Below the pieces are notes generated by a model that saw nothing but the letters and a program-made list of their open reading frames with translations, was not told where the DNA came from and made no database searches. Shown one piece after another: positions 43,442 through 54,466 of a DNA stretch of 64,000 nt. Each line of letters begins with the position of its first letter. Positions within the stretch are counted from its first letter, which is position 1. The stretch comes from Bdellovibrionota bacterium (lineage in GTDB: Bacteria > Bdellovibrionota_C > UBA2361 > CALJRW01): positions 57,462 through 121,461 of the forward strand of contig JBGSMD010000011.1 in NCBI GenBank assembly GCA_041740355.1. The letters are read 5' to 3'. A program made the translations under genes and the position numbers.

Positions 43442-46255
43442 ATGACTGCTGTCGCTACTACTAATATTAACCAGACCGAAATCAATTCGGTTCTAAAGAA
43501 ACTTGAAAATTATGATTCAACACAACCTCTGGTGTGGGATCAGTCAAAACCGAATATTGTTAGCTTAACTTTAAAGGATGGTGAAAAACTTACTTTCATT
43601 TTTCCTAAAGATACTAATTTAGGTGAGTCCTATTTGCCTGGTAGAATTCCTAATAAACTTGAAGAACTCTTAGCACTTACCATAAGTAATTCTGTTGTAG
43701 GTCTTGGTGTACAACAACGAGCATTAGCTGCTGCATTAAATAATTACTTTGAAAAACATCAAGCAGTTGAATCAAGACAGATACCTAAAGCAGTTGCCGT
43801 GGTGGAGTCTTCGGAAGCTCAACCCGCAGTTCTTAGTGCTTCGGCTTTACCAACTTCTCCCATAACAGAGGCTTCATCGACGAATCCAAAAGTTGAAGCT
43901 ATTTTAGAAACATTTCAAGAAAAATGGGGTGAGACCGAAGTCGTTGAATCAAAAACCAAAAGAGGCGGATTTTTCTCTGGAATTAGATCATTAGCAAATA
44001 AGGCGACAAAAGCTGTGGGAGATTACTTTAAGAAATCAGAACCAACTATTGTGACTTCTGATGCCCAGCCACCAGTCTCAATTGCTAGCTTAGTTCCAAC
44101 TAGAACAACAGCAATACAAGTAGAAGTAGATCAGGTGTTGGCTAAGGGAGTTTCTTCTCTTGTTAATCCTAATATTAAAATTGATTGTACTGTTCTTGCA
44201 CCGGCAAATGAAATTTCAGTTTTGGTGAAAAGTCTTGCCGCGGCAGGTCTTAAAGGGTCAACTCCGCAAGATATTTCTACAGTAGCTCTTGCTCTTGGGC
44301 TAAACCCTTTAGAACTTGATCGTAAACAAGGTATGATTCTAGTTGCTCCAGAAATTGCCGAGTTAAATCAATTTCGTCTGAGTACTGGTGCTACAAATTC
44401 TAATACTTTAAGAGCCAAGAGTGACCAGCTTTTTAACGCTCCAATTGTTGATTGGAGCGCATTAGAATCGATGCGTCTTAAGAATTCAATTGCACCAGTC
44501 AAAGTTATTGTTCCTAAGCCTATAACCAAAGAAGATTTAGTAGTAAAAGAAAATACTGTACTTACTAATTTTAGCAATTCGGATGTTACTTCTAGGTTTT
44601 CCAGACTGGTTTCACGGATTAGCGATCAAGCTGGTGATTTATATTTTATTGCTGCAACAAAAATAGAGAATAGTTTAAAGGCTTTACTTCCAACTGCTAA
44701 ACCAGCTTATGTGACAGCTTCGCTTGATGATTCTATACTTAAAAAACGAACTTGGTTAAGTGCTGGAGCTGCGGCGCTTCTGAGTACCTACGCATTACTT
44801 CCTTTCGTATCTACAAGTACACAAACTCAAGCAAAAAGTTCGGGGGATTCTGATCTAGATCAAAAGCCTGTTCCAGCTATGAATTTAGCTGGTAATACTC
44901 CGAAAGAATTTGACCTAAAAGGTTTAGTGGCGGCCTGGCAGGGGACTGTTCAAGTAAAGGAGATTGCTCTTGGAGAGACCTCGTTCTCCGGACTAAATGC
45001 TCTTAGCAAGAACGTAGCAGAGAAGTTCAAAGTAGTAGCCGAACAGCATACCAACGCAAAGCCGTTAGCTGAAATTCCAACAGTTACTAATAATCTCGAG
45101 AGTCCTAGGGTTCTTCCAACTAAATTAAAAGCTAACGAGGCTACTGCGATTGTTAATGCAACTCCAGCAACTGCAAATGAAGTTGCCCAAGCTTCTGTTT
45201 CAATTAAAGACTTTATCAAGATCGCTTACTACGCAGAAATAGGAAATAACTTAAAATCAAATGGAAAGAAAGAATTTGAGAAAGCTAACCTTTTTGCAAT
45301 CGAACAATTTGGCCCTGAGTTTGATTTAAGTAAACTTCTTGCCAAGGTAAAAAAAGATTCTTCACTTACTGTAAATATTGCTCCTGAGTGGAAGAGTTTT
45401 TTAGATACTGTTCGCACGGGAGCACCAAAAAAATCTGCTGAGAATATTGCTTTAGCAAATTCTGTAGCTAAAGAACTTATTGGTCAAGCTGCAGTTGCAG
45501 AAAAATCTGTAACGCTAACTCCTCAAGTTGCACCGACTCCAGAAGTAACGCCGGTTCCAGAAGTAGCTCCAACTAAGCCACTTGAAAATAAGCCAACAGT
45601 CGATTCTGGGAATTTAGATAATCTTCCTGATGCTACAGTTGATTTAGAAGAAGTTTCGCAAAGAGATCTTGGATTATTAATTCGTCGCTTAGCAGGAGTT
45701 AACCGCGTAGGAGTTGATTTAGGGCCTAGTTATTTAGTTGCAAGTAGTATTGGAATTTCTGCGGAAACTTTAGAGCTTATTTATAGTAAGAAGGAAGTTG
45801 TGGCGGAAGTTAGTTCTGGAATTTCTTCTTTGATTAAAGAGATGAACTCTGGAGTAGTTTCGACTAAAGCGCTTCGTGAAAAATTTGATAACTTAGATTC
45901 CCAAAAGGAGAACAAACAAATTAACTGGGCACAAGTAGATCGCCTTGCGAAAGAGAATCCTCATGTTGCAACTCGTAATTCTAGTGAGCATCGAGTAGTT
46001 GATAGTGTGAAGCAGATTAAAACTGATATTCAATATCAGTACAATCGCCCGAAAGGTCTTTTTGCTAATACAGCAAGAACTATTGTTTTAAGTGAAAATG
46101 GAAGCCCAGTGGCAGCTTATACGGAAGAGGGAATAATAAGTAGGCAGGGAACATACCTCTTTGCTAATGGAGTAGAGAATCCAAGACATACACAAATCTT
46201 AAATGAAAAATTTGAAAAGTTTTCTGGAAAAAAACCTAATCCAAAAGAATTTTAG
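43442..46255 (+). CDS. Large orphan protein with a central TM helix and Pro/Thr/Glu-rich segment
   Basis: 937-aa ORF; KKRTWLSAGAAALLSTYALLPFVS; TPQVAPTPEVTPVPEVAPT. Confidence 0.8.
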   Translation: MTAVATTNINQTEINSVLKKLENYDSTQPLVWDQSKPNIVSLTLKDGEKLTFIFPKDTNLGESYLPGRIPNKLEELLALTISNSVVGLGVQQRALAAALNNYFEKHQAVESRQIPKAVAVVESSEAQPAVLSASALPTSPITEASSTNPKVEAILETFQEKWGETEVVESKTKRGGFFSGIRSLANKATKAVGDYFKKSEPTIVTSDAQPPVSIASLVPTRTTAIQVEVDQVLAKGVSSLVNPNIKIDCTVLAPANEISVLVKSLAAAGLKGSTPQDISTVALALGLNPLELDRKQGMILVAPEIAELNQFRLSTGATNSNTLRAKSDQLFNAPIVDWSALESMRLKNSIAPVKVIVPKPITKEDLVVKENTVLTNFSNSDVTSRFSRLVSRISDQAGDLYFIAATKIENSLKALLPTAKPAYVTASLDDSILKKRTWLSAGAAALLSTYALLPFVSTSTQTQAKSSGDSDLDQKPVPAMNLAGNTPKEFDLKGLVAAWQGTVQVKEIALGETSFSGLNALSKNVAEKFKVVAEQHTNAKPLAEIPTVTNNLESPRVLPTKLKANEATAIVNATPATANEVAQASVSIKDFIKIAYYAEIGNNLKSNGKKEFEKANLFAIEQFGPEFDLSKLLAKVKKDSSLTVNIAPEWKSFLDTVRTGAPKKSAENIALANSVAKELIGQAAVAEKSVTLTPQVAPTPEVTPVPEVAPTKPLENKPTVDSGNLDNLPDATVDLEEVSQRDLGLLIRRLAGVNRVGVDLGPSYLVASSIGISAETLELIYSKKEVVAEVSSGISSLIKEMNSGVVSTKALREKFDNLDSQKENKQINWAQVDRLAKENPHVATRNSSEHRVVDSVKQIKTDIQYQYNRPKGLFANTARTIVLSENGSPVAAYTEEGIISRQGTYLFANGVENPRHTQILNEKFEKFSGKKPNPKEF

Positions 46256-46279
46256 GAGCTAAAATTCATTTTTAAATTA

Positions 46280-46328
46280 CCTCAGAACACAAAAAACCTC
46301 TTATTTTGGGGTTTTTTGTGTTCTGAGG
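46280..46328. terminator. Long stem-loop after the 937-aa gene
   Basis: CCTCAGAACACAAAAAACC..GGTTTTTTGTGTTCTGAGG inverted repeat. Confidence 0.7.
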
Positions 46329-46476
46329 GCAAAAATTCAATTTAATAATTTTTAAAAAAACTTTAAAAAAGCATCACATATTTTTGCTTAGCTCCATAAC
46401 TTGTATATACTTATTCCAGACTTTCATAGAAAAGTTTGAAAAAAAAGATTTTTTATTTATTAACAAAGGTAACAAC

Positions 46477-47088
46477 ATGAACACAGCAATGGCCAGATTA
46501 GGCGCAGTATCATTGGCAGCAGCGACATTAGCAAGTTGCACGAACTTAGGAAAAATCGCTCCAAGCTTGCAGGATCCTGCCAAAAGAGCAACTCCATATA
46601 GCCCACTAACTGCAGAGTCTACTGTGCAAGTTAAAGAAGGTTCAATCACAACAATTCATGCTGATGGTACAAGATGTGCAACTAGCAAAAGTACAGTAGT
46701 GTATCAAGAAACGATTGCTGGCGTTAGAAATCCTTCTCCGCTTGAAGCTATTGTCTCTCCAGCGCTTAATGGTGCAGTAGGTATGGCACTACTTAGACCT
46801 TCTACTACAACTAATAACAATAACAATAATAACAGGAACGCTAACGACGTTAATAACACTAATAATAATAGCAATCATCAGAACCAAGGTCAGAACCAGA
46901 ACCAAAAGCAACAACAGCAGCAACAACAACAGCAACAACAGAACCAAAATCAAGAGAATTGTCCCCCACAACAAGGTGGATCAGGAATTGGTCAGCCTCC
47001 AAGAACAACATCATTAGATACTAAGACTGATGTCTATTTAGTGAACTTAAGTGGCGCTGAAATGCCAAAGATTACTCTTAACGCTTAA
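46477..47088 (+). CDS. Lipoprotein with Asn/Gln-rich low-complexity tract
   Basis: Lipobox LAS-C after ATG 46477; poly-N and poly-Q runs. Confidence 0.8.
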   Translation: MNTAMARLGAVSLAAATLASCTNLGKIAPSLQDPAKRATPYSPLTAESTVQVKEGSITTIHADGTRCATSKSTVVYQETIAGVRNPSPLEAIVSPALNGAVGMALLRPSTTTNNNNNNNRNANDVNNTNNNSNHQNQGQNQNQKQQQQQQQQQQQNQNQENCPPQQGGSGIGQPPRTTSLDTKTDVYLVNLSGAEMPKITLNA

Positions 47089-47113
47089 TTTATTTAAGTA
47101 CTAAGTGTCATTT

Positions 47114-47151
47114 AAATCCTGCATGCTTGCAAAAGTGTGCAGGATTTTTTT
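47114..47151 (+). terminator. Intrinsic terminator
   Basis: AAATCCTGCA..TGCAGGATTTTTTT. Confidence 0.8.
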
Positions 47152-47214
47152 ATTTGTGCTATAATTATTTTAAGTTGAATAAAACTTAACAACTATTCAT
47201 CTATATACTTGATT

Positions 47215-47242
47215 GGTGTCAAGGTTTCGACTGGATTCTGAC
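47215..47242 (+). repeat. Exact 28-bp copy of the tmRNA 5' region
   Basis: GGTGTCAAGGTTTCGACTGGATTCTGAC is identical to 47428-47455. Confidence 0.95.
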
Positions 47243-47424
47243 TCAACGCCTGCCTCAAGTTTAAAGTGGCGATAAATTTAATAGTCAGTCTATCGACTGC
47301 CAATTAAATTTAAATCCAACTAGTTCTATTTAGATCTTAATTTTGCAAAGACCTAGCCGGCAGGCCAAGTGTCAGAATTGTTAAAATTGAAAATGAGCTA
47401 GCAGATTTAAGTTATTAAGATAAT

Positions 47425-47777
47425 GGGGGTGTCAAGGTTTCGACTGGATTCTGACACTTTAGTAAGCATACCGAGGGTTCCGTTGGCCTCGTAAAAAAGC
47501 GGAAAAAAGATAATTGCTAACGAAGATAATTATCAACTAGCACTAGCTGCTTAATCAGCCGGTGCGGCGTTTAGGGGGTTCGCCTGTGACTCTTTAAAAG
47601 CTTAAATAATGCAGGATGGCAACTGACATGCCTTTGGTTCAGTTGTGAGAAAGAAAAGGCTGGCTTAACGCTTTCTGTATTTGCGAACACGTTAAGTGAG
47701 AAACAAAGCAACTACTAAGTATGTAGAAAGCTAAGGTAGACGCTTCTAGGACGGGAGTTCAATTCTCCCCACCTCCA
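47425..47777 (+). ncRNA. ssrA: tmRNA, tag ANEDNYQLALAA
   Basis: GGGGGTG/CACCTCC-A acceptor stem with G3.U, TTCGAC 5' motif, tag ORF GCTAACGAAGAT..GCTGCTTAA, T-arm GGGAG-TTCAATT-CTCCC. CCA is not encoded (ACTA). smpB lies about 4.5 kb upstream. Confidence 0.97.
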
Positions 47778-48051
47778 CTAATTTGGATTCTTCTCGCCAT
47801 ATATATCTGTGTGGGGAGAATCGAACGCCAAAGAATTCACTGCGATTTTGGTTTTTTTTATGCAAAAAAGATTTCTCTACCTCCATTCGAATCCTCGTTT
47901 CGTAGCTCGCTAATGGCAGGCCTCCTTATAACGAGGCGAATGCGCGGAGCTTCTCAGAAGGCATGATTGTAATGCCATAAATTTAGTTGGAATTATGGAT
48001 GGATTAGCTTTTGTTTCTTAGAATCAAAGATTAAAATTAATCAAAGTGTGC

Positions 48052-48480
48052 CTAACTCCAGCCATAGATCTTATATCCTTTATCTGCCAAACATTGTTCA
48101 ACAAATTTCTGCCAGTTAGGATCTTCTTTGGCAGAATTTTTCATGCCGTTATAAATACCATAAAGTGCACCAGTAGCAGCACCCACTCCAACTCCACGCC
48201 CTGTATTGCCTACAATGGCGCCACCCAATGCTCCCGCGGCCGTTCCTAAGGCAGTGCTCTCGACAGCCGTTCCGCCAACGTCCTTCCACTTAGAGCCTTT
48301 TGGTACGTGATGGTTTGCTAAGTCTTTGCATTCTACAACATCCCTCTGTAATTTATCTTGGCTGGTTTTCTTATAGTACTCGTTTGGATAGAAATTAGGG
48401 TTAGAGTCTTTAGTTGCACAAGATGATAGTGCTAAGAGTAGTAAACATAGAGAAAGTGATTTTATCATGTTAGTCAGCAA
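48052..48480 (-). CDS. Glycine-zipper lipoprotein
   Basis: Lipobox LSS-C; GTAAGALGGAIVGNTGRGVGVGAATGALYG; C..C..KGY. Confidence 0.85.
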   Translation of the reverse strand: MLTNMIKSLSLCLLLLALSSCATKDSNPNFYPNEYYKKTSQDKLQRDVVECKDLANHHVPKGSKWKDVGGTAVESTALGTAAGALGGAIVGNTGRGVGVGAATGALYGIYNGMKNSAKEDPNWQKFVEQCLADKGYKIYGWS

Positions 48481-48567
48481 TTAAAGTTATCATGTATTAT
48501 AATATTATAGGACTCTGCAATTCACAAGTAAAAGCAAGATTGCTGTATAATCTGCTAAGCAATTCTA

Positions 48568-48606
48568 AGATGCCAAGGAAAGTATCAAATACTTTCCTTG
48601 GCATCT
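48568..48606. terminator. Perfect 18-bp inverted repeat
   Basis: AGATGCCAAGGAAAGTAT-CAA-ATACTTTCCTTGGCATCT downstream of the collagen-like gene. Confidence 0.65.
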
Positions 48607-48663
48607 AAATGTATCATCGTTACAAAAACCTCTGCACTTAAAGAGCTGTTTCTACACTTAAAA

Positions 48664-49578
<915 letters not shown>

Positions 49579-50480
49579 TGTTATTTGAAAAATTAAAGTA
49601 AATTTTGGTTTTTTTGACAGTTATCTCTGAAAAGATTTTTTAAAAAACTTTACGAGACTAAATTATAATTAGATTAGTTTAAAATTATAAAATAATTAAA
49701 TTTTAATTATAAAAGAGTACGCTACTAATTCATTAGTGTCATCAAAATATTATTTTTGTAATAATTATAGTAAGTTGAATAAGAATCAATCTTATTACAT
49801 TGTTATGCTAGCTCTGCTTGCAAGAAAAGCTTTAAATATACATTAAAATATTTGGCTCTAAATTTTTTAGTGTTGGATATTCTTCACTGTAAATCTCACC
49901 AGATACTCCCGAGTATTTAACCGTTCGTTTTATAAAATCAACATCATAAATAATTACCCCAGTATCCTAGATGCTCTTTAATAATCAGGGAATTAACATC
50001 AACTTGCTTTGTTCCTATTACTCGTATTTATCTTCTGACTAGCAATTTTTATGCTAAAAAATCTAACTGTAAATTGTTAGCTCAACTTCTATCAATTATC
50101 ATAAAATTTAAAAAAATTGATTGAGAATTTCAAATGCAACGATTGCAGTTCCTCCTTAAGGATTTTACTAATAGAAAATTAGCTTGTTAGGATAGGGGGA
50201 AATGGAACTGATTAAAGTAGATAATTAATCTTCATTAATATTAACTAATCAAATCTTTACTTGATTCAGTGGTCTTTTAAAGGAGAAATGTAATAATTTC
50301 TATACAACTGGGCAGCATAGTTTCTAAGGGAAGTAAATCTAAAGTAATTCCAGGTATAATTAATTAACTTGTTAAAATTATTAGTTAAATAACTCTTTGC
50401 AAATGAAAATTCATACTAACTTTAAAGTTATTTAATCCTTAAACCGAAAGATATCCTAGATTTACTTTATTACCTACGAA

Positions 50481-50942
50481 ATGAAGCAATTAATAACTTT
50501 AGTCTTAATCTTAGCTCTACCTATAAATTGTTTTGCAGGACCGGGAGCTTATTTTGGAAAGCATGATCGTGATACAGGTGCGCTAATACTATTTAAAGTG
50601 AATCGTAATAATATTTCCGGATTAGATTTTAATTTAACATTGCCTGGGCTTTGTATTTATGACGATGAGACAATTGCGGAAAATACATTCTCATTTGGTG
50701 GAGAGAATTTTCTGGATCTGTTAATAGATCGTAACCTGAAAATTAATACTGAATTTGAAGTAGAGTCTGATTCTGGCCATCTTGGCATACTTACTCTTAA
50801 TTGTACTTTTAAAAAAATTGGTCGAAGATTAAGTAAGGCTAAATGTGACGTAAATTTCTCTTCTCCTGTTAGGCCAATAATTCAACTAGATCAATGTTCT
50901 GCAGGGCAAACAATTAAAGGTATAAAACGTGGAGCTAACTAG
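50481..50942 (+). CDS. Secreted hypothetical protein
   Basis: Signal peptide, beta-rich, several Cys. Confidence 0.7.
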   Translation: MKQLITLVLILALPINCFAGPGAYFGKHDRDTGALILFKVNRNNISGLDFNLTLPGLCIYDDETIAENTFSFGGENFLDLLIDRNLKINTEFEVESDSGHLGILTLNCTFKKIGRRLSKAKCDVNFSSPVRPIIQLDQCSAGQTIKGIKRGAN

Positions 50943-51224
50943 CCTTAAGGAGTTAAGTAGTTTTTCCTTCCTCTAGTTTCTAGTACCTTTAGTGAGGTAA
51001 TTCCTAGAGATTAACTCTCTTTGGATTTTGATCTATAATACTTTTAGAATGCGTAAAGACCAACAAAGATAACAATAGTTATGTTTATGGACTGTTTTAA
51101 GCAATAAAAAGCTTTAAGAACTAATAGAGGTGTAGTTTCCTTAATTTACTCTTCAAAAATCAATTATAAAGTCACGGTTACTCAATTATATCAATAACTA
51201 GTGTAAATTATAATTTTTAATCTG

Positions 51225-52049
51225 ATGAATCCTTCACTACTTAAAGAAGTAAAAAACGCCATCACCTCGCCAGCAGTCTTAACTGGTTTAGGGGTCAATT
51301 TAGTAGGACAAGATCTTAGTTCTGTATCAAAATCATTTTTATTAATTTCTTTGATAGTGGCAATTAAAAATACTCAATCAGATAATAATGTAGAACAAGC
51401 TGGTCTTTCAAAAGAATCACCGAATACATATCAAAATATACGTCATGAAAAGCTACTTTCACCAGGCTTGCCATTTATCATTCATTCCACAGTCTATTCC
51501 TTGGAAGGAGTATTGATAGCAAAACAAAACCCGATGCTTTCAACTTGCTTTTTTTTATATGGACTTGGGTCTGCTGCTTATGCAAGCATTTCAAATCAGT
51601 CATTTAATACTCAACAATCCCGCACCCGATCAACTCCTGAGAAGCTATGCAGAAAACTTTGGGGTTTTATTCCAAATAAAGTTCAAACAGTTTTGGAGAA
51701 TCCTGGATTTTCACTTTCTTCAGGAACACTAATTCTTAACGTGTTATATTTTAATTTTACCGATTTAGCGAAATCACCGCTGTTAATGACAACCACGGTA
51801 GCTTCATTAATAATTATGGGCAGTGGAATTTTAAGTAGTATGAAGCCTTTATTAGGTAAAGACAATCAGCTTACAGGTGACTCCTGTCTTTTAGGTGGAG
51901 TTGCAAGAATCGGATTAGCTGCTACATCATTATTTTCTGGTAATGTTTTAGTTGGTTTAGGAACATTATGCTTTGCTGGTGCAATGATAAAAATGGGGTG
52001 TGATTTAAAATCAAAGTTTTTAACTTTATTTCAAAGAAGAAATCGCTAG
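51225..52049 (+). CDS. Hypothetical membrane protein
   Basis: 274-aa ORF with several hydrophobic Gly-rich helices. Confidence 0.65.
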   Translation: MNPSLLKEVKNAITSPAVLTGLGVNLVGQDLSSVSKSFLLISLIVAIKNTQSDNNVEQAGLSKESPNTYQNIRHEKLLSPGLPFIIHSTVYSLEGVLIAKQNPMLSTCFFLYGLGSAAYASISNQSFNTQQSRTRSTPEKLCRKLWGFIPNKVQTVLENPGFSLSSGTLILNVLYFNFTDLAKSPLLMTTTVASLIIMGSGILSSMKPLLGKDNQLTGDSCLLGGVARIGLAATSLFSGNVLVGLGTLCFAGAMIKMGCDLKSKFLTLFQRRNR

Positions 52050-52463
52050 TTTTAACTTGTGTGTTTTAATTCCTGTCAAAGTGCTTGCAAGCAGATCATA
52101 AATCGGTATTCAGTAATTCCCAAAATGATTTTGATGAAAAGAACTGATTCATTTTAATTCCAGCTATCTAATCTCTTTGCGCTGTAGGTGTGTGTGCCGC
52201 TCACACATCTTATTTTTACCTAAAATTTAACTAAGTCTCAGTTGCTAATAGGTCGGCTAAAAACTACAATATATTTGATACTTTAAGAGAACATTTCCTA
52301 TCAATTTTACCTAGTCCAAAAATTAAAATGTGTTTTCTACAGTGAGTGGAAAGATGATGCTCAAGTTAAGCTAGAACAGTCATATTATAATCTCCAAAAT
52401 GAAAGAACACTATTTAATTAGTATGTTATAACACTCTATAGTTAATCCTTTTGGAGCGTATTT

Positions 52464-53147
52464 ATGCAAGCATTAGATCTCAGAACTAGTGTTACACCTT
52501 GTTTGGAACTTAAAAATTTTAATTTTGAAAGAGGAGAAGATCGAGCTGCACTACTAAGCCACATTCCCTTCTTTAGGAGTCGTCTTGAATCTGCATATAA
52601 AGTTAGTGATTTAATGGAAGCTGCTGCTGAAAATGCTAATAAAAAATTATTAGGCACTGGCATCGATGTCTTTCGAACTACTGTTCATGCTGAAAAAGAA
52701 CAAGAAGGCAGTCTCACATTTTTGGCAAGCGAGAGAACTTTTACATTTAAATTTAATCCTAGTGGAGATCCAGATTCTAAGTTTTTTATTGTTCAAAGAA
52801 CTGATTGGGAGAGATTAAATCTTTTAATTGTTAATCTTAGTAAAGATTTAGGTATAGATCTAAATAAGGAGTTCCACGATATTCCTAAAGCTGATTTTAG
52901 GTTTGATTCAAAACAAGTTGCTCTTGCCAAAGAGGAACTTGTTGGGGTTAGTTATGAATTAGTTATGCCAGGAAAAGCTTGCTTTAGTTCAGCTAATGCC
53001 AAGAAACTTTCTTCTGCACTTACAGATATTATTGAGCAGGCTCTCCCGCAGCTGAGATTAATTGGCCAAGAAGTATTAGAGCTTAATTCTGAGGCACAAG
53101 ATTTAAAAATGAGAATTCAGGGTGGTAATCTTGCAGCAGCAGCCTAA
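52464..53147 (+). CDS. Hypothetical protein
   Basis: 227-aa ORF, GGAG RBS, ends NLAAAA. Confidence 0.75.
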   Translation: MQALDLRTSVTPCLELKNFNFERGEDRAALLSHIPFFRSRLESAYKVSDLMEAAAENANKKLLGTGIDVFRTTVHAEKEQEGSLTFLASERTFTFKFNPSGDPDSKFFIVQRTDWERLNLLIVNLSKDLGIDLNKEFHDIPKADFRFDSKQVALAKEELVGVSYELVMPGKACFSSANAKKLSSALTDIIEQALPQLRLIGQEVLELNSEAQDLKMRIQGGNLAAAA

Positions 53148-53268
53148 CTAAACAGATTTAACCGTATGATTTTGCCGATAGCTTATAAATAAAGGTTAAG
53201 TAGGCTGGTTGTAAAGAAAATACAGAAAAATTGAAGCATATTAAAGTATTACACTGATTAACTGTAGT

Positions 53269-54360
53269 ATGGCTCAGTTGAACAGTGAAAAAGTACTAGC
53301 AAATTTACTTGGTGATGTAATCTCTTTATCAGACGCCAAGTTACCGCTAGCAGATCAACCACCAGAACTTTTTCCACAGGCTTATCAGCGATGCTCTGAG
53401 TGGCTAAAAGATCCTACCAATAGATTAACTTTAAGGTATGTCGATCAAAGTTCTTGGCCAGGTGTAATTAATGCGGCAATAAACGCTAATCAATCTACTA
53501 TCGAAGGCACTGAGTACCATCATTTATCTCAGCGAATAAATCGGAATGAAAGCGGGATTATTTTTAATTCGTTACATAATAAAATTACGGATACTGAGCA
53601 AGAGTTTAACCGTATAAATAATTCAATCAATGTAGAATCTGACTATCAAAAAATAAAAGTATTTTCATCATGCTCATCTTTGATATCAATTACTGAAGAT
53701 ACTGTCTCTATATTTGAAAATGGAAAACATTTAAGGATTGGGAGAAATATAAGTGAAAGCAAATTCAGTCTTTTACTGAATAGAATTGCCGACCGTGCTT
53801 CAGATGGTTATCAAGGAGTATTAACTGCTATTGCAGAATTTGATGCATGGCACCAAGAGAAATTTTCAGCAAAAGCACTTTATACAAATTTCATTGACCC
53901 ACAAGAACAATTAAAAAATCTAAAACTAGCTTTACTCGCTACTCAATACCAGTTCAACTCATTGCCAGAATTATCTACCTTTAAATTAAACTTAGCATCT
54001 CAGCCAATGGTAGATCTTCAAGAATTTCAAGCAGCGCCAGTTAGGGAATATAGAAAGCTTGGTTTATCGAGAGTGAAAGTAGCTGATATTATAGCTTTAA
54101 AACCAGAGGGTAAAGGATGGGACCTAGAAGATCGAGGTCCTGATTATATTTTTAAAATGGCAGAAGCAATAGTAGCGGGGGATTTCATACCAACTTATCC
54201 AAAGCAGTTAAGTAGTCCAACTAATGATAATGGAGTTGTCCTAGAAAAGCGCGGTAATTATTATGGCATCACTGTTAATGGACGACACAGAGTCGCTGCA
54301 CTTAAAGGAATGGATCCTGAACTAACTGTATGGGCAGAGGTGACTGAAGCGCTAATCTGA
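53269..54360 (+). CDS. Hypothetical protein with C-terminal ParB/Srx-like domain
   Basis: C-terminal YYGITVNGRHRVAALK resembles the ParB-N GxxR motif. Confidence 0.6.
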   Translation: MAQLNSEKVLANLLGDVISLSDAKLPLADQPPELFPQAYQRCSEWLKDPTNRLTLRYVDQSSWPGVINAAINANQSTIEGTEYHHLSQRINRNESGIIFNSLHNKITDTEQEFNRINNSINVESDYQKIKVFSSCSSLISITEDTVSIFENGKHLRIGRNISESKFSLLLNRIADRASDGYQGVLTAIAEFDAWHQEKFSAKALYTNFIDPQEQLKNLKLALLATQYQFNSLPELSTFKLNLASQPMVDLQEFQAAPVREYRKLGLSRVKVADIIALKPEGKGWDLEDRGPDYIFKMAEAIVAGDFIPTYPKQLSSPTNDNGVVLEKRGNYYGITVNGRHRVAALKGMDPELTVWAEVTEALI

Positions 54361-54466
54361 TCAGTACGATTTTAAAATTTCTGTAAAAATCAAAGTAATT
54401 ATTAGTTAAATAATCTCTTACATCATTTGTTACAAATCAATTTTTAATGACTTAGTAAGATCTTAA

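Noticed and set aside
46789-46974. Poly-Leu minus-strand ORF resembling a membrane peptide
   Set aside because: Antisense of the poly-Gln/Asn codons
47234-47379. Firm call as 6S RNA
   Set aside because: Shorter and more branched than typical 6S, with no motif I can verify by eye; kept only as one hypothesis
49600-50450. Long AT-rich gap as a possible origin or ncRNA
   Set aside because: No DnaA-box cluster, iterons or stable structure seen
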